NCBI GenBank assembly: GCA_000004985.1
Contig: GG738894.1
Source of the DNA: Naegleria gruberi
Lineage: Eukaryota
Direction: 5' to 3' (one strand)
Length of the DNA: 64,000 bases
The notes below the pieces were generated by a model, which saw only the letters and a program-made list of their open reading frames with translations, made no database searches and was not told where the DNA came from. The position numbers and the translations under genes were made by a program. Of the stretch, positions 10,964 to 22,600 are shown one piece after another (the stretch's first letter is position 1; every line of letters starts with the position of its first letter).

Positions 10964-12508
10964 ATGCATCACAATAGATCAGAAAGTGAACCAACAAGAA
11001 TACAATCTATCCGATTGCCTACTCATGATCGAAGAGGTCAATCTATGGGAAATTCTCCACAATCACCTTTAAACATACTTTCGTCTAGTACTCCAAGATA
11101 TTCTAAACGAAAGGAAGAACGAACAGTCAATCTAGACCAATATTCCTTCAAAACACAAACTAATCCAACACTTTCCCAACTCTTACTCAAGCTTGGTCAT
11201 GAAATATTCGAAAATTGGGACGAATTCTGTGGAAACTTGGCACTTCAAGCCAGAACCTTCAAATCTTCATCAAAATCCGATCAGGAAACTAAACCATTCT
11301 CTTCCCAACCATGTACTCTACTCAATAGAATGTTCTCCTACGAGAATGTCTTTTCAAAACTAACCATAGAACAGCAAATCCATTTAATCACCAATTTCAT
11401 CACAAACTATTCCTGTTATGAGGTGAATGGTTCGATAAATATGAGAATTCCAACACATCTGTACAAGTATGTGTTAGATGAGGAGGAGCACATTACGAGA
11501 TCACGTTCTCCATCTTCACCTACTCATCATGTTTCCAATTTTTCACATCATTCGAATAATGATAGATTTTCCAATATTAAAGGAAGAGCTCCAATGAGCA
11601 GGAGAATAGTTCCACAACAGGTATCAGTCCTTTCAGAAATGTATTTCCAATACGATGAGGAGAATGACAGATGCGATTCAATGATGGTTTTGGCCTTTTT
11701 ATTGGATGTGGTTTTGAGAGGTTGTGTCCAGAAGGAGTTGACCACAACTTGCATGGACATGAGAAGTGTGGAAACAATTCTTTCTGAGAAATCTGAGCAT
11801 CATGGAGATGATTCACCTTGTTTAGGAAGGGATCAAGATGAGGAGGTCAATAGTTATCATTGGAGAGAGTATGTTTGTGATGTTTTGAGGCAATTGGTGG
11901 TTGGAAGAGAATCGAATAGAGATTCGTTTGATGAGACAGATCATGGAAATGATGTAGATATGGAAATGTCTGCATTTTCAAATGACATGTCAGTTTGGGA
12001 TGCTTTAATAATGAGAATTTTCAAGAATTTTCTTGATTTTAATCAAAATGACAAGCTGTCACGTGTTGAAACAGTTAAGGAACAATGTAAGCGATTGAAA
12101 AAACATTTCAAGAATAGTGCCAAGAATGTTTATCAAGTTCTGCAACACGACATGTGTCGTTTGGCATTCGTCTGTCAAAATGCCACACTATTCCAACCAA
12201 ATTTCAGAACTACTGCCGAAAAATATATCGACTCTCTCAGAAAGGAAGATAAAATGAAAGATCTTCCATTGAGTTTGGAAATGAGTGGCGAGCTACCTTT
12301 CATTACCATTTGTTATTGGCATACCTTGATGTGTAGAGGAGTACATGCTTATTTATCACCTCTGGAAAGAGTGAAAGCATTCCACAGAGTGGTGGAGAAG
12401 GCAATCTTTCCAATCAAACATATTTCACCAAAGAATCCAACAGAACCTTCTCATGTTTCATTAATCTTGTCAAAATCTGTACAATCATTCTTGGAATTAT
12501 TCAAATAA
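10964..12508 (+). CDS. Hypothetical protein (514 aa)
   Basis: Single long ORF; no recognisable domain. Confidence 0.4.
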   Translation: MHHNRSESEPTRIQSIRLPTHDRRGQSMGNSPQSPLNILSSSTPRYSKRKEERTVNLDQYSFKTQTNPTLSQLLLKLGHEIFENWDEFCGNLALQARTFKSSSKSDQETKPFSSQPCTLLNRMFSYENVFSKLTIEQQIHLITNFITNYSCYEVNGSINMRIPTHLYKYVLDEEEHITRSRSPSSPTHHVSNFSHHSNNDRFSNIKGRAPMSRRIVPQQVSVLSEMYFQYDEENDRCDSMMVLAFLLDVVLRGCVQKELTTTCMDMRSVETILSEKSEHHGDDSPCLGRDQDEEVNSYHWREYVCDVLRQLVVGRESNRDSFDETDHGNDVDMEMSAFSNDMSVWDALIMRIFKNFLDFNQNDKLSRVETVKEQCKRLKKHFKNSAKNVYQVLQHDMCRLAFVCQNATLFQPNFRTTAEKYIDSLRKEDKMKDLPLSLEMSGELPFITICYWHTLMCRGVHAYLSPLERVKAFHRVVEKAIFPIKHISPKNPTEPSHVSLILSKSVQSFLELFK

Positions 12509-12593
12509 AAATAATAATAAATAATTGAGAGCGTTTTATTTACAATCATATATTTTTCAATAGTATGATAATGAAGATTTCGAACATCTTGAA

Positions 12594-14053
12594 TTAGTCC
12601 TTAATTACATGTTCATAATCTTTGGTGTGTTCAAATTCATAATCTAAATGTACATAACATCTTTCAACATCTGGTAATGATTCAATCTTCTTTTGCAATG
12701 ATTCACCAACATCGTGAGAGTCCAAGAGTGGAGTTTCCTTTGGAAGGACAACATCAATCTCAACAATCATGTTAGCTCCAGAGTAGTAGGCCATTACTGA
12801 ATCAACTTGTGTAATTAAAGGACTATGATTCAAGGCCATAAATGTTAATTTTTGAATATATTCCTTGTCTGCAGTCAAGCCAACCAGTTTTGTAATGTGT
12901 TCCAATGATTCCTGAATCCAACTCTTAATAATATAAGTACTCAAAAGAACTGCACCAATAGAATCTAACCACCACAAGTAAGTACTCAAGAATAATGAAA
13001 CAAGTAACAAGCTGTTCGATAAGACATCATTTCTATGATCGAATGCGTAGGCAATTACAGATGGTGAATGTTTGACTCTTCTGCAAACCAAATGGAGAGC
13101 CAATTTGATGAGAATAGTTGCCAACAAGACACCAATACCATACCAATAGAAAATTGAGGAGAGATATTTTGGAATCATAATTCCAAACATCCATTCAACC
13201 TCAGCATTGGAATCAGCAGAGCTATTATTATTGTAAACATCGCCAGTAATGAGACCTGTTACAATTTGAGATATACCTTCCTTGATAATTTGTAAACTTG
13301 CTGTACACATGCAAGTTGCAAAGATAACAAATCCAATTGGTTCCAATCTGTTTCTTCCAATTGGGTATTGTTCTTTCTTCTTCTGTACAATGAAGTAATA
13401 TAAATAATCAAACCAGACAATAAATCGAGAGCTGAATCAATTGTAGACGTAATAACTGAAAGGGAAACTGACAAGACACTCGCAGAACATTTCAACACAA
13501 ATAAGCAAACATTAGTCCAAAATGACAAGTGAATGCACCAATATTCCAATCGTTTCATTGCAGGTGAAACTTGTTCTTCCTGTTTGAATGCATCTTCATT
13601 CATAACAACAGATCTTCCTGTTAAATCACCTTCACTGGTTGTTTCATCTGCATGTTCCAATTTTGACTTGTATAGTTTTGCATACTCATCAACCATTTCA
13701 TTTTGCTTTTCGTAAAACTCAACTACCTTCTTCTTTTCAATATTGGATGTATCAATCAGTGGAAATTGCTTAAAATTTGATTGCCAATCCCTTGTAGCAT
13801 GTTCCACATACGACACATTTACCTTGGGAACTGAAATTGGATTAAAATTTGGACTGGAACCAATTCTATGCGTCATCATTTGTTCAGATGAATTTCCTCC
13901 TTCACCATTAGCAGCAGTAGCAACAATTGGTTTATCATTATTCATGTCCACAACTTCAATCATTTCTTCATCATCTGTTGCAGCAAGTTTGGTCTTTTTC
14001 TTTTTCGCATAGTGGCCATGATTAATTCCCTCCTCTAATATTCCTTCCGACAT
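12594..14053 (-). CDS. Cation diffusion facilitator (CDF) transporter, Mn-type (MTP8-like)
   Basis: STIDSALDLLSGLIIYITSL...(K)KEQYPIGRNRLEPIGFVIFATCMCTASLQ...AYAFDHRNDVLSNS...WWLDSIGAVLLSTYIIKSW...DSVMAYYSGANMIVEIDVVLP...VERCYVHLDYEFEHT is colinear with plant MTP8/Mn-CDF proteins. Homology runs through a frame change near 13350-13375 (see findings). Confidence 0.85.
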
Positions 14054-14446
14054 TTTTAAAGCTACTGTAATGAACGCACAAGTATATTTTTGTTATGAAA
14101 GTGTTGCGGCTTTGTTTTTGCACAAATTCTTATTGCGCAATTATTTCGTAAGTGTTGGAGTTCTGGAGCGATAATGATGAATAAAAGGCAAATAATCAAA
14201 TAAATGGGTAATAGCAACACTAACATTGTTGACTAATATGTGAAGTGCAGATATGAATGCTCGTTTTCAACAAGGTTTTTGAATAAGATTCCAATCACTA
14301 TTAATCATTTCCTTTCGAGCAATGTGTTCTAGAACGTTTTGTAGATGCATTGCTTTCCAGAACCAATTATCATTCATACCACTATAAAGATTGTTGCAAG
14401 TTGGTGGCAATTTTGTTGAAATTGCACTGAGAAATAGTTTTTAAAT

Positions 14447-15511
14447 TCATGGATAATTAAATTCCAAAACAGAACTATTCCAATTAAAAAATTCAACGTA
14501 AAATCCAAGATTTTTCATATCTTGCACATAATCCTTCACCAGAGAATGACTCTTATAATCAATAGAAAGAAACTCCTCACTTTTAAACCATTCCAATTGT
14601 TTAGGTAGTTTCATACCTTCTGCCAAAGATGCTTGGACCTCTTCATCATCTGAAACATCTTGAACCTTGTTTGATTTTCTATTGCTATTTTTTAAAGTAA
14701 GATTATCCACTTCATCTTTCCACCAAAATTGATAACCCAAATATCTAAACTTTGGAATAATTTCTGTAGCAAAAACTCCTTGATTATTATTCAAATAGTA
14801 CCAACTTCCAATATATGCATTAAACCCTTCATTCATTAATGCATTTTCCTCAGTTGCCCAGAATGGATTATCCTCATTGAGTGTAGTATGTATTAAGTGT
14901 TTCAATTGTTTTTCAAAATTTTCATTATTCGAACAATCTGATAATGGATCCAATAATTTCATTAATTTCCTATTCTTTTGATTGTAAGGCATTGCCTCTT
15001 CCATTTCAATCCACTTTTCAATGATGGCATTTGTGGCACTATAGACGAATATTCCAACTGGACACAATAGAATATCAAATAGTAATTTTCCTTGACAATT
15101 TGATAGATATCCCACATTATCGATGTGATCTTGTACAACTCCGATCATATCCTCACTATAATTGTAATATCAAAATTAATATTAAATAATTATTTAAATT
15201 AATTACCTTGATATTAAATTGGCCATATTAATAGGAAGTTTAGTCTTTCTATCAATTTCAATCGGATGACAATGAAAAGTATACGGAACATCATCATGAA
15301 CCTCACATAGTGTATAATCTAATTGTCTTCTTCCCTTCCTAATTGATGAAGATGCTTGTTCTTCATCTAATTGCTTTTGTATCGTTAGAATTATTACTTC
15401 ATCTATTTCCGAAAGAGTTTCATCATTATGATCATTAATTTTCTTTTTTTTACAAGTTTTTTCTTCTTTCCTAATTTTTTTTTTTTTTTTTTTGGTGATT
15501 TTCATAATCAA
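14447..15511 (-). CDS. Hypothetical protein, two exons (15511-15222 and 15148-14447)
   Basis: The intron at about 15149-15221 has GTAATT...TATAG ends and is phase 2 (...ANLIS-S-EDMIGVVQDHIDNVGYLS...). The K-rich N-terminus is encoded across a T16 run. No confident domain; a loose DxD-type glycosyltransferase flavour is only a guess. Confidence 0.4.
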
Positions 15512-17092
15512 AATAATAATATAATACCAGCTTGAGTACCCAAAGTATTCAAAACAGTATCAACATCACCAGAATAAACAAGAATTCTAATTTGAGGAAG
15601 CAACTTGGTATAGAATGGCAACATGGTAGTATAGATGGTGGTGTAATTAATGAAGGTTGAACAAACTTGCCATCCATTTGGATTACCAATATGAGTAGCA
15701 CCAATGGCTGATCTAACAGCTGGAGTATTGAAATAGGAAATGACAGAGTGATCTGGAACACAAGGTGAATCACTTTCGTCACCAACAATAGAGAAACTAG
15801 ATCTTCTTGATGTAGCTCTGTGAGTGTGAAGTTGGAAGAGTGGATGATTCTTAGAGTTGATAGAACGCTTTGGCATGTTTAAACCGTTATCACCCAACCA
15901 TGTGCAGCTAAATATTTTGTTGACCAAAAGATGAGAAAATTCCAATAATAAATTCCAATAATAATTCCAACAATTCAATTTTCATGAATTTTCAAACATT
16001 TTCAATAACATTGTTCACGTTAATATTGATATCAAATTACTTGGATAACTTACGAGTCATAAATGTAATATGGATTCAAATGGGTCAAGGAAGCATAAAC
16101 TTTTGACAAGAATGCAGAACAATCAGCACTGTTTTGATTAGCATAAAAATTACCCTTGCAACTAACAAAACCAGCATTGTAATCTTCAATGGTAATCAAA
16201 CTGTGTTCCTTATAGAAGAGAGGAACAGAGTTGGCATCTTCTTCACCATCAGTAACACCATTACCAACCAAAATACCTGCATGAAATTATATTAGTATAA
16301 ATTGAAATCAGAAACATACCTTGCAAGTTAATCTTTGGTAATTCACCTTGTTGATTTCCTTGTAAAATTCTGTAAGCAGCAGATGGAACATAAACTCCAC
16401 CATATGATTCTCCAGAAATAAAGAATGGATTCTTGACATATTGTGGGAATCTAGAGAAGAAATCTCTCATGGCTCCATTCATATCATTGGCAGCAGTAAT
16501 ATCGGTGATAGACATATAATCAGCAGTATTGTCACTATAACTATAACCCTATTTAGTTGTTTAAATCATGAACAAACTCTCTATGTAACAAAAACTTACA
16601 ACACCAATTGGTTGTTCCAAATAAATAATGTTAACTCTCTTATTCCAAGCAAATGGATTGCTAACAACAGTTTTACCATCAGCTAACACAACAAAAGGTC
16701 CATGTTCCGATACCATTCCGTCTATTGTTGAAATAGTCATTAGATGACATTGTTAAAACTTTAAATTTTCACAATTTTCACAAAATACTAACCAATTGAA
16801 GAGCAACCTGGGCCACCATTTGTCCACAAAACCCTATTCATTGTCAAAAGGATGATAATACTGAAACAACTTACACTGGTGCTGTAGCTGGATTTTCTTG
16901 ACATTCCATGAACCAATAAAACAAATGGTGTTGAGTAGAATTTCCATTCAAATAGCCAGTGTAACTCTTGAATGTTATTGGTTGATTATAACCAGGCAAG
17001 GAAGTAACAAGATGATCCCTCGAGGTTTGTCCCATAACAACCTGAGCATGCAAGAACATCAACAGAGCAAGGCTTCCGAAGACGAGTAACAA
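15508..17092 (-). CDS. Serine carboxypeptidase, peptidase family S10; at least 6 exons
   Basis: Signal peptide plus LPGY...SYTGYL...HLFYWFMECQENPATAPV (exon 1, 17092-16875). The next exons give [23 protein letters not shown]...NIIYLEQPIGVGYSYSD...GESYGGVYVP (catalytic Ser), then KINLQGILVGNGVTD, then ...RILVYSGDVDTV (catalytic Asp). Introns are 41-150 nt, GTAAGT/GTTAGT/GTATGT...AG. The expected C-terminal His region was not found (see findings). Confidence 0.85.
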
Positions 17093-17363
17093 AGTTCTGG
17101 AAACGTTTTTGCATTTTTTTTAAATTCAAGTAGCCGGCTATTGGTTGGCGGGTGATTTTTTCAGTGCTTTTTGAGGCAGGCAAAATATCTCAAGAATTTC
17201 CAATGTTACGGCTTTCATGTTGGGAGATGCTTTTTTGAAACTCCGGAGATGGAAAACAAAATTGTTAGTAATGACCCTTGAGTATCTTGTTCGTTATCTT
17301 CAAATAATATTGAAATACATCTATGATTCCGTTTTCCAAACATCTTAATTACAGATATTTTTT

Positions 17364-17603
17364 TCATTGTAGGGTGATATTTAAGAGGTCACAGCAATCA
17401 CAATAGCAACGCTTTTCTCTTGTGTATGGGACAATCATTTGGTTGTCGAGTTGCTTATCGTTATCCTTAGAAGATTGAAGAAGCATCAGAATTTGTTTAA
17501 TCCATTCTTCTTGTTTCCTATCTCTTTCTTCTTGTTTTCTATCACGTTCATCTTGCTTTCTATCCCTTTCTTCTTGTTTCTTTTCAAGCTTATTAACTTT
17601 CAA
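17364..17603 (-). CDS. Small ORF with KQEERDR tandem repeats (doubtful gene)
   Basis: 79-aa ORF built on 4 copies of a roughly 24-nt repeat encoding ERDRKQEE. It could be a small charged protein or non-coding. Confidence 0.2.
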   Translation of the reverse strand: MKVNKLEKKQEERDRKQDERDRKQEERDRKQEEWIKQILMLLQSSKDNDKQLDNQMIVPYTREKRCYCDCCDLLNITLQ

Positions 17604-18006
17604 TAATCTTATTTAAAACCGAAAGGATTAGGGAATTATTAAGTTTTAACATGTCGAGTGAATTCATTTTTTTCTATTATAGATTTAGTTTATTTAATAT
17701 GGGTAAGTTGTAGGGACTTTCACTGTACAATATTTGAAATGTGGGGGATTATTGGGTCTTTTCAAGAACTCTTTTGATTTCTTCGACTGTTTATCACGAA
17801 AATTGGGAATGTGTCAAATCAAGAAATATACAAGTAAAGAAGCATTTCAAAAGTTATGAGTAGAGCACAAATTTACAACTTGATTCAATACAGAGATCTT
17901 TTAAGTCATGTTTCAGATTTAGCTTTTCATGATGTTGCTTGACATTCGAAATAATCTTATTTATGCCTGTATGAAGTGAAAAGAACTATTTGGTTTCAGT
18001 CCTGTT

Positions 18007-18993
18007 TTATAAAAGAGAGCAATACCAATTTTTAATCTCCTCTTCATTTGCATCCTTTTCGAAAAAACTATTGAAGGTAAATTGTAATTGAATGAACCAC
18101 ACTGGTACATAAATATGTTTGAAATTCTTACAGTCAATCTCCACAAATACTGAGCGTCTATATTCATACGCTTTCTGTACAGCATCTTTCAAGCATACTG
18201 GTTTTCTTTCGTAGTGAGAATAATTCTTTTCTGAATGTAATCCTAAAACTATTCCTGTATCAGTATTATTAGATTGTAAACCCGCTAAGAACCATTCATC
18301 TAATTTGTTGAATGTCGATTCATGATCCATTGAAAATGCAAATAAACATTTCACATCATATTCTTGATGCCATTTATCTTCAATCATTTCACTCTTGGAG
18401 TAGAATCTTTCAACTCCATTTGTCTCCCAAATCTGATGCTTACAACGATTCTCCTCATTGGGAATTGTACATATTTTTGAAAAGTAATAAGGCCCAATAC
18501 CAACATTTTCCCTAAATTTTCCATGTTGAATAAAAGTTCCCAAAGTTGATTTTCCAATACCACTATCTCCTAAAATCATATAATTAATTGTTTGATCTTT
18601 GTGAGCTATTTCAAAATTAGGAAAAAATAATCGATAGAAATTCAACAATTCCAACTCGTTAGGATTGAGAATTTGTGAAATTTCTTCTGTATTTCTTTCC
18701 GGATCATGATTTCCCAATTTAAAAGCCAATTTTAACAAGTGTAATCGTATGAAATATTTTGCATTTCCAATTAATTTTACATGATCACTATTCGAATTTT
18801 CCGCGTTTTGATAAATTGAAATATTTAAATCTGATTTCTCGCCATTACAAAATTTACAAATATCATCACTAATAACAATGCAGGAATTTCTAATCAAGTT
18901 GTGAATATTCCGATTAACAGTGAGGAGAGAAGTTAAAACATCAATCGGTTCTAAAAATTGAATAATCTCCAACCAAGCAAGATCTTGCGCCAT
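18007..18993 (-). CDS. F-box-like N-terminus plus divergent Rab-like small GTPase domain (probable pseudo-GTPase)
   Basis: N-terminus is LAWLEIIQFLEPIDVLTSLL. The C-terminal half follows the Rab layout: P-loop ILGDSGIGKSTL, switch II IWETNGVERF in place of WDTAGQE, no NKxD. It is a paralog of 62420-63424. Confidence 0.6.
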   Translation of the reverse strand: MAQDLAWLEIIQFLEPIDVLTSLLTVNRNIHNLIRNSCIVISDDICKFCNGEKSDLNISIYQNAENSNSDHVKLIGNAKYFIRLHLLKLAFKLGNHDPERNTEEISQILNPNELELLNFYRLFFPNFEIAHKDQTINYMILGDSGIGKSTLGTFIQHGKFRENVGIGPYYFSKICTIPNEENRCKHQIWETNGVERFYSKSEMIEDKWHQEYDVKCLFAFSMDHESTFNKLDEWFLAGLQSNNTDTGIVLGLHSEKNYSHYERKPVCLKDAVQKAYEYRRSVFVEIDCKNFKHIYVPVWFIQLQFTFNSFFEKDANEEEIKNWYCSLL

Positions 18994-19660
18994 TTTTTTT
19001 GTAATGAATTAACACACCAACACTCACAGTCAACCACAATAAAATCTAATGAAATATCTTTCTCAATAAAATCCAAATTCCAATTATAGTTTGTCTGAAC
19101 CACCTCTCAATGCTAATTCTACTACTCCATCTCAATAGCACAAACCAATATTCCACATTCCACAATTCTCCACATCAAGTACAACTCCAACTTCGGATCA
19201 CCTCTCTACAAAATCAAAAACTTCCAACACCCACTTTCCAAGTGAACCAAAAATCAATCCTCCATAAAAAACAATAGGATTACATAATATTCAATATACA
19301 GTACACTGAAGCAAGCACACTTCATCATAATCGCGCATTATTATTTCACGAATATACTGAATATACTGCCGTGTCATTTCATGAGTGGACAATTCATGCA
19401 TAACTCCTTTTTACATTGCTAACAACCCATCATATCAAAAAAAGACCCAATACAACAATCAACAGCCAGTTAGTTGCCTTCATCCTCAACACACAACAAG
19501 CCTTTGATTTTTCGCGCTTTTTTTCTCTTGTTTTAATTTCCCTCCACAAAGCTCCTGTAAATAATTCAATATTTCATCAAAGAGCACACTCAATCTTTTT
19601 GCGTGAGTGAAGAAAGAAGAAATTAGTGTACAATAGTGGTTTTCCCGACATATTGAAAGT

Positions 19661-22600
19661 ATGAAACGGGTTGGAATTTCCCAGAGGAAGATCCATCATT
19701 TGATTTTAATTTTGATTTTCCTTGTCTTGTTTGTGATTAATAATTATGAATTATTAATTAATAATCATAATGCTGATTTGGGATCATCACCAGAGGCAGT
19801 GTTCATGGGAGGTCTTGTTAATGGTGCTTCTTATCGATTTTTAGGTGAATTAACCAATTCAACCAAAACAAATGTTTCTGCAGTCTATGTAGATGCACAA
19901 TCAGGTCAATCATTCACTAATTATACTGTATCGACTTCAACTTCAACGATTGGTTTTGGATCATTTTCATATACCTATGAAAGTGATGAATTTTCATGGC
20001 AAATTGTGATGGACAATGAATTGCCTTCATTTACCAATACGAGTAGTAGTATTTCATTGAGATATTATCGATTGGTACATAAGAATATATTGCTGACTGA
20101 TTTATCAAAGAATTTATTTATTAGTGTGGAGAATATTTCGACAGTGTTGACTCCTCTCAATCTGTTGAATGGATCTAATGGATTGGATATTAGTGTGAAT
20201 GGAATGCTTATTAGATTGAATGGAACAACTAAGGGAAAGTACTCCAATTCATCAAAATTGGTGGATATTCCTGAATTGTTTACATCTTCCTATTCATTAC
20301 AATTGTTTTCAATTCAATTGAATACATCAAAATTACAAGATAATAGTACCTATCCTGCAGTGGTAGATCCATCGAAAATTTTGGTCAATTACACTCAACT
20401 CAAAGGAAAGAATCCAACATATTCCTACCAGGTTCTCGAATCAGTGAAGGAATATATCAAGGTTCTTTCAGTAACCACTGTTTCATTGAAGAATTTGTGC
20501 AGTTCTTCCTCTCCTATTGTGGCCTTTACGTGGGGCTCTTGGAAATTGTGGTTCGTTTTGGCCATTGTCATTCTAATGTTGCTCATGCTTGTGGCTTCAT
20601 GGTGGAGGCCATACTTTATTGTTTTCATGACTTTGGTCATTTTGAATCTTTCAGGAATAATTAACCTTACACAAACTCTGAGTGGTTTCTCTAATGATGG
20701 TATGCTGACAGTCTTGCTGCTCTTCCCTATTGTCCAACCATTATCGGAGAATTCATTAGTATTGAGAGGATCCAAGTTAGTATTTGGTACAGCCAAGTAT
20801 GGTTTATGGTTGTGTATGCTTAGATTATGTTTGGTTATTTCAGTAATTAGTCCTTTCATTAATAATACTCCAATTGTCGTTACAGCCCTTCCAATTATTG
20901 TAAGTTTATTATGAATATTTCTCTTATTTTGTTTCTTCTATAATATTTTAATATTTATTTCATTAAAATAGAAAGATTGGGCCAGAGAAAATAACATTGC
21001 TGCCTCCAAATTCTTAATGGCCATGTGTTATATTACAACAGCTGCAGGCTTAATGACCTTGATTGGTACCAGTACAAACATTGTGACCAATGGTCTATTT
21101 ACTGCCTACGGTTATGAGGCTTTCACATTCTACGAATTTTTCTACATTGGATCAATTTTGACATTTATTACAATCATTTATTTGTGTACATATGGATTGT
21201 GGGTCTCTCCAAATAGAAAAGGTGGTATGTTTAGATTGGCCAGAGAAAGAGGTGAACAATTCTTGACAAAACTTGCAGTCGAAAGAAGGAATTCACCTTT
21301 AATTGGTAAGAACAAGACCAAAGTTATTACTTATTTGGGATTGGACAAGTTGGAAGTTGTTGAAATTATCAGAAAAAAGACCAAACAAGCACCAGCCGCC
21401 ACACCATCCAATGACCGATCGAATACTGATTCACCAACTAGGGTGGAGGTGACCACAATTATGAGTTCAAACGATGATGACAATTTGGAACATATTGTGC
21501 CAGTTCCTGACGATTTGACCATTCAACTCTATGATACCATCATTTTCAAAGGTCATCCAACCAATATTTTAAAACTCCACTCCATGGTTGGTGTTTCACA
21601 AAATATTGAACAAGATCCAAAGGAAGAATCCAACATTTTGCACACCATGTTGGGAACTGAAAATTTACAAATCGATACCAATGTAAATAATGCAAACAAT
21701 ACAGAAAAGAAGAGTCCACTTTCTCCAAGAAAGCCATCAACTGCTGAAGAGAATGATCAAGAAGTTGTTGTGGAAATTAGTGATAGTGAGGCTGCTTCTA
21801 CCAATGATTTGATTATTGGTGAGACAAATTCTACAGAGGATCAATTTTCCTCTGCACCACCAATTCCAAAAACCTCATTGAAAAATAAGATTAAGGAACA
21901 AAATCTTCATGAAATGGTTCTCAAAAAGTCAGTTGAAGAAGAAGAAAAGAGAAAGTCTTCTGTTGAAGAAGAGACTGAAATGGAGGAAATACAAATTCCA
22001 AATGATGTGGAAATTCCATCAAACCCTACTGATTCAGAAAAAAGAATAGACACAATTGACAATACAGAAAATAAGACAGTCGACACTACAACTGAAAGTA
22101 AAAAGAAGGAGGATGCCTCTGAAGCAGAATCTGAGAATGAACCAGAATTTTTCGAAGTGGTCATTAGTACCTTCAACCCATGCATGGGTGAATTATACTC
22201 TGATTTTGAAAAGAGATATGGAGTTGTCATTCTTGCAGTTCGTCACAATAAGGGTCTCGAAACTAAAACAGATATCACTGATTTCAAGACTACAAAGGTT
22301 AAAGCAGGAGATACTTTATTACTTATTGGAAAGGCTGATTTCTATTCCAAGTGGCATGAACTAAGGATTTCTATGTCATTTCCAGATGTAATGTTTCACC
22401 AAAGGAGAAGAGCAAACATCAAAAATTTATTGTCAAGATTCCATTCACAAAGAAATCAGTCAACTTGTGGTGGTGGGAACACTTGATTTTCCCATTCTTT
22501 ATTGCAATGATTGCTGTTGCCATTGCTGGATATTCAATGCTTCAATGTGCTATGGTTACTTTGTGTGTTGTAATTATTTTCAGATTAATCAATCCAATTA

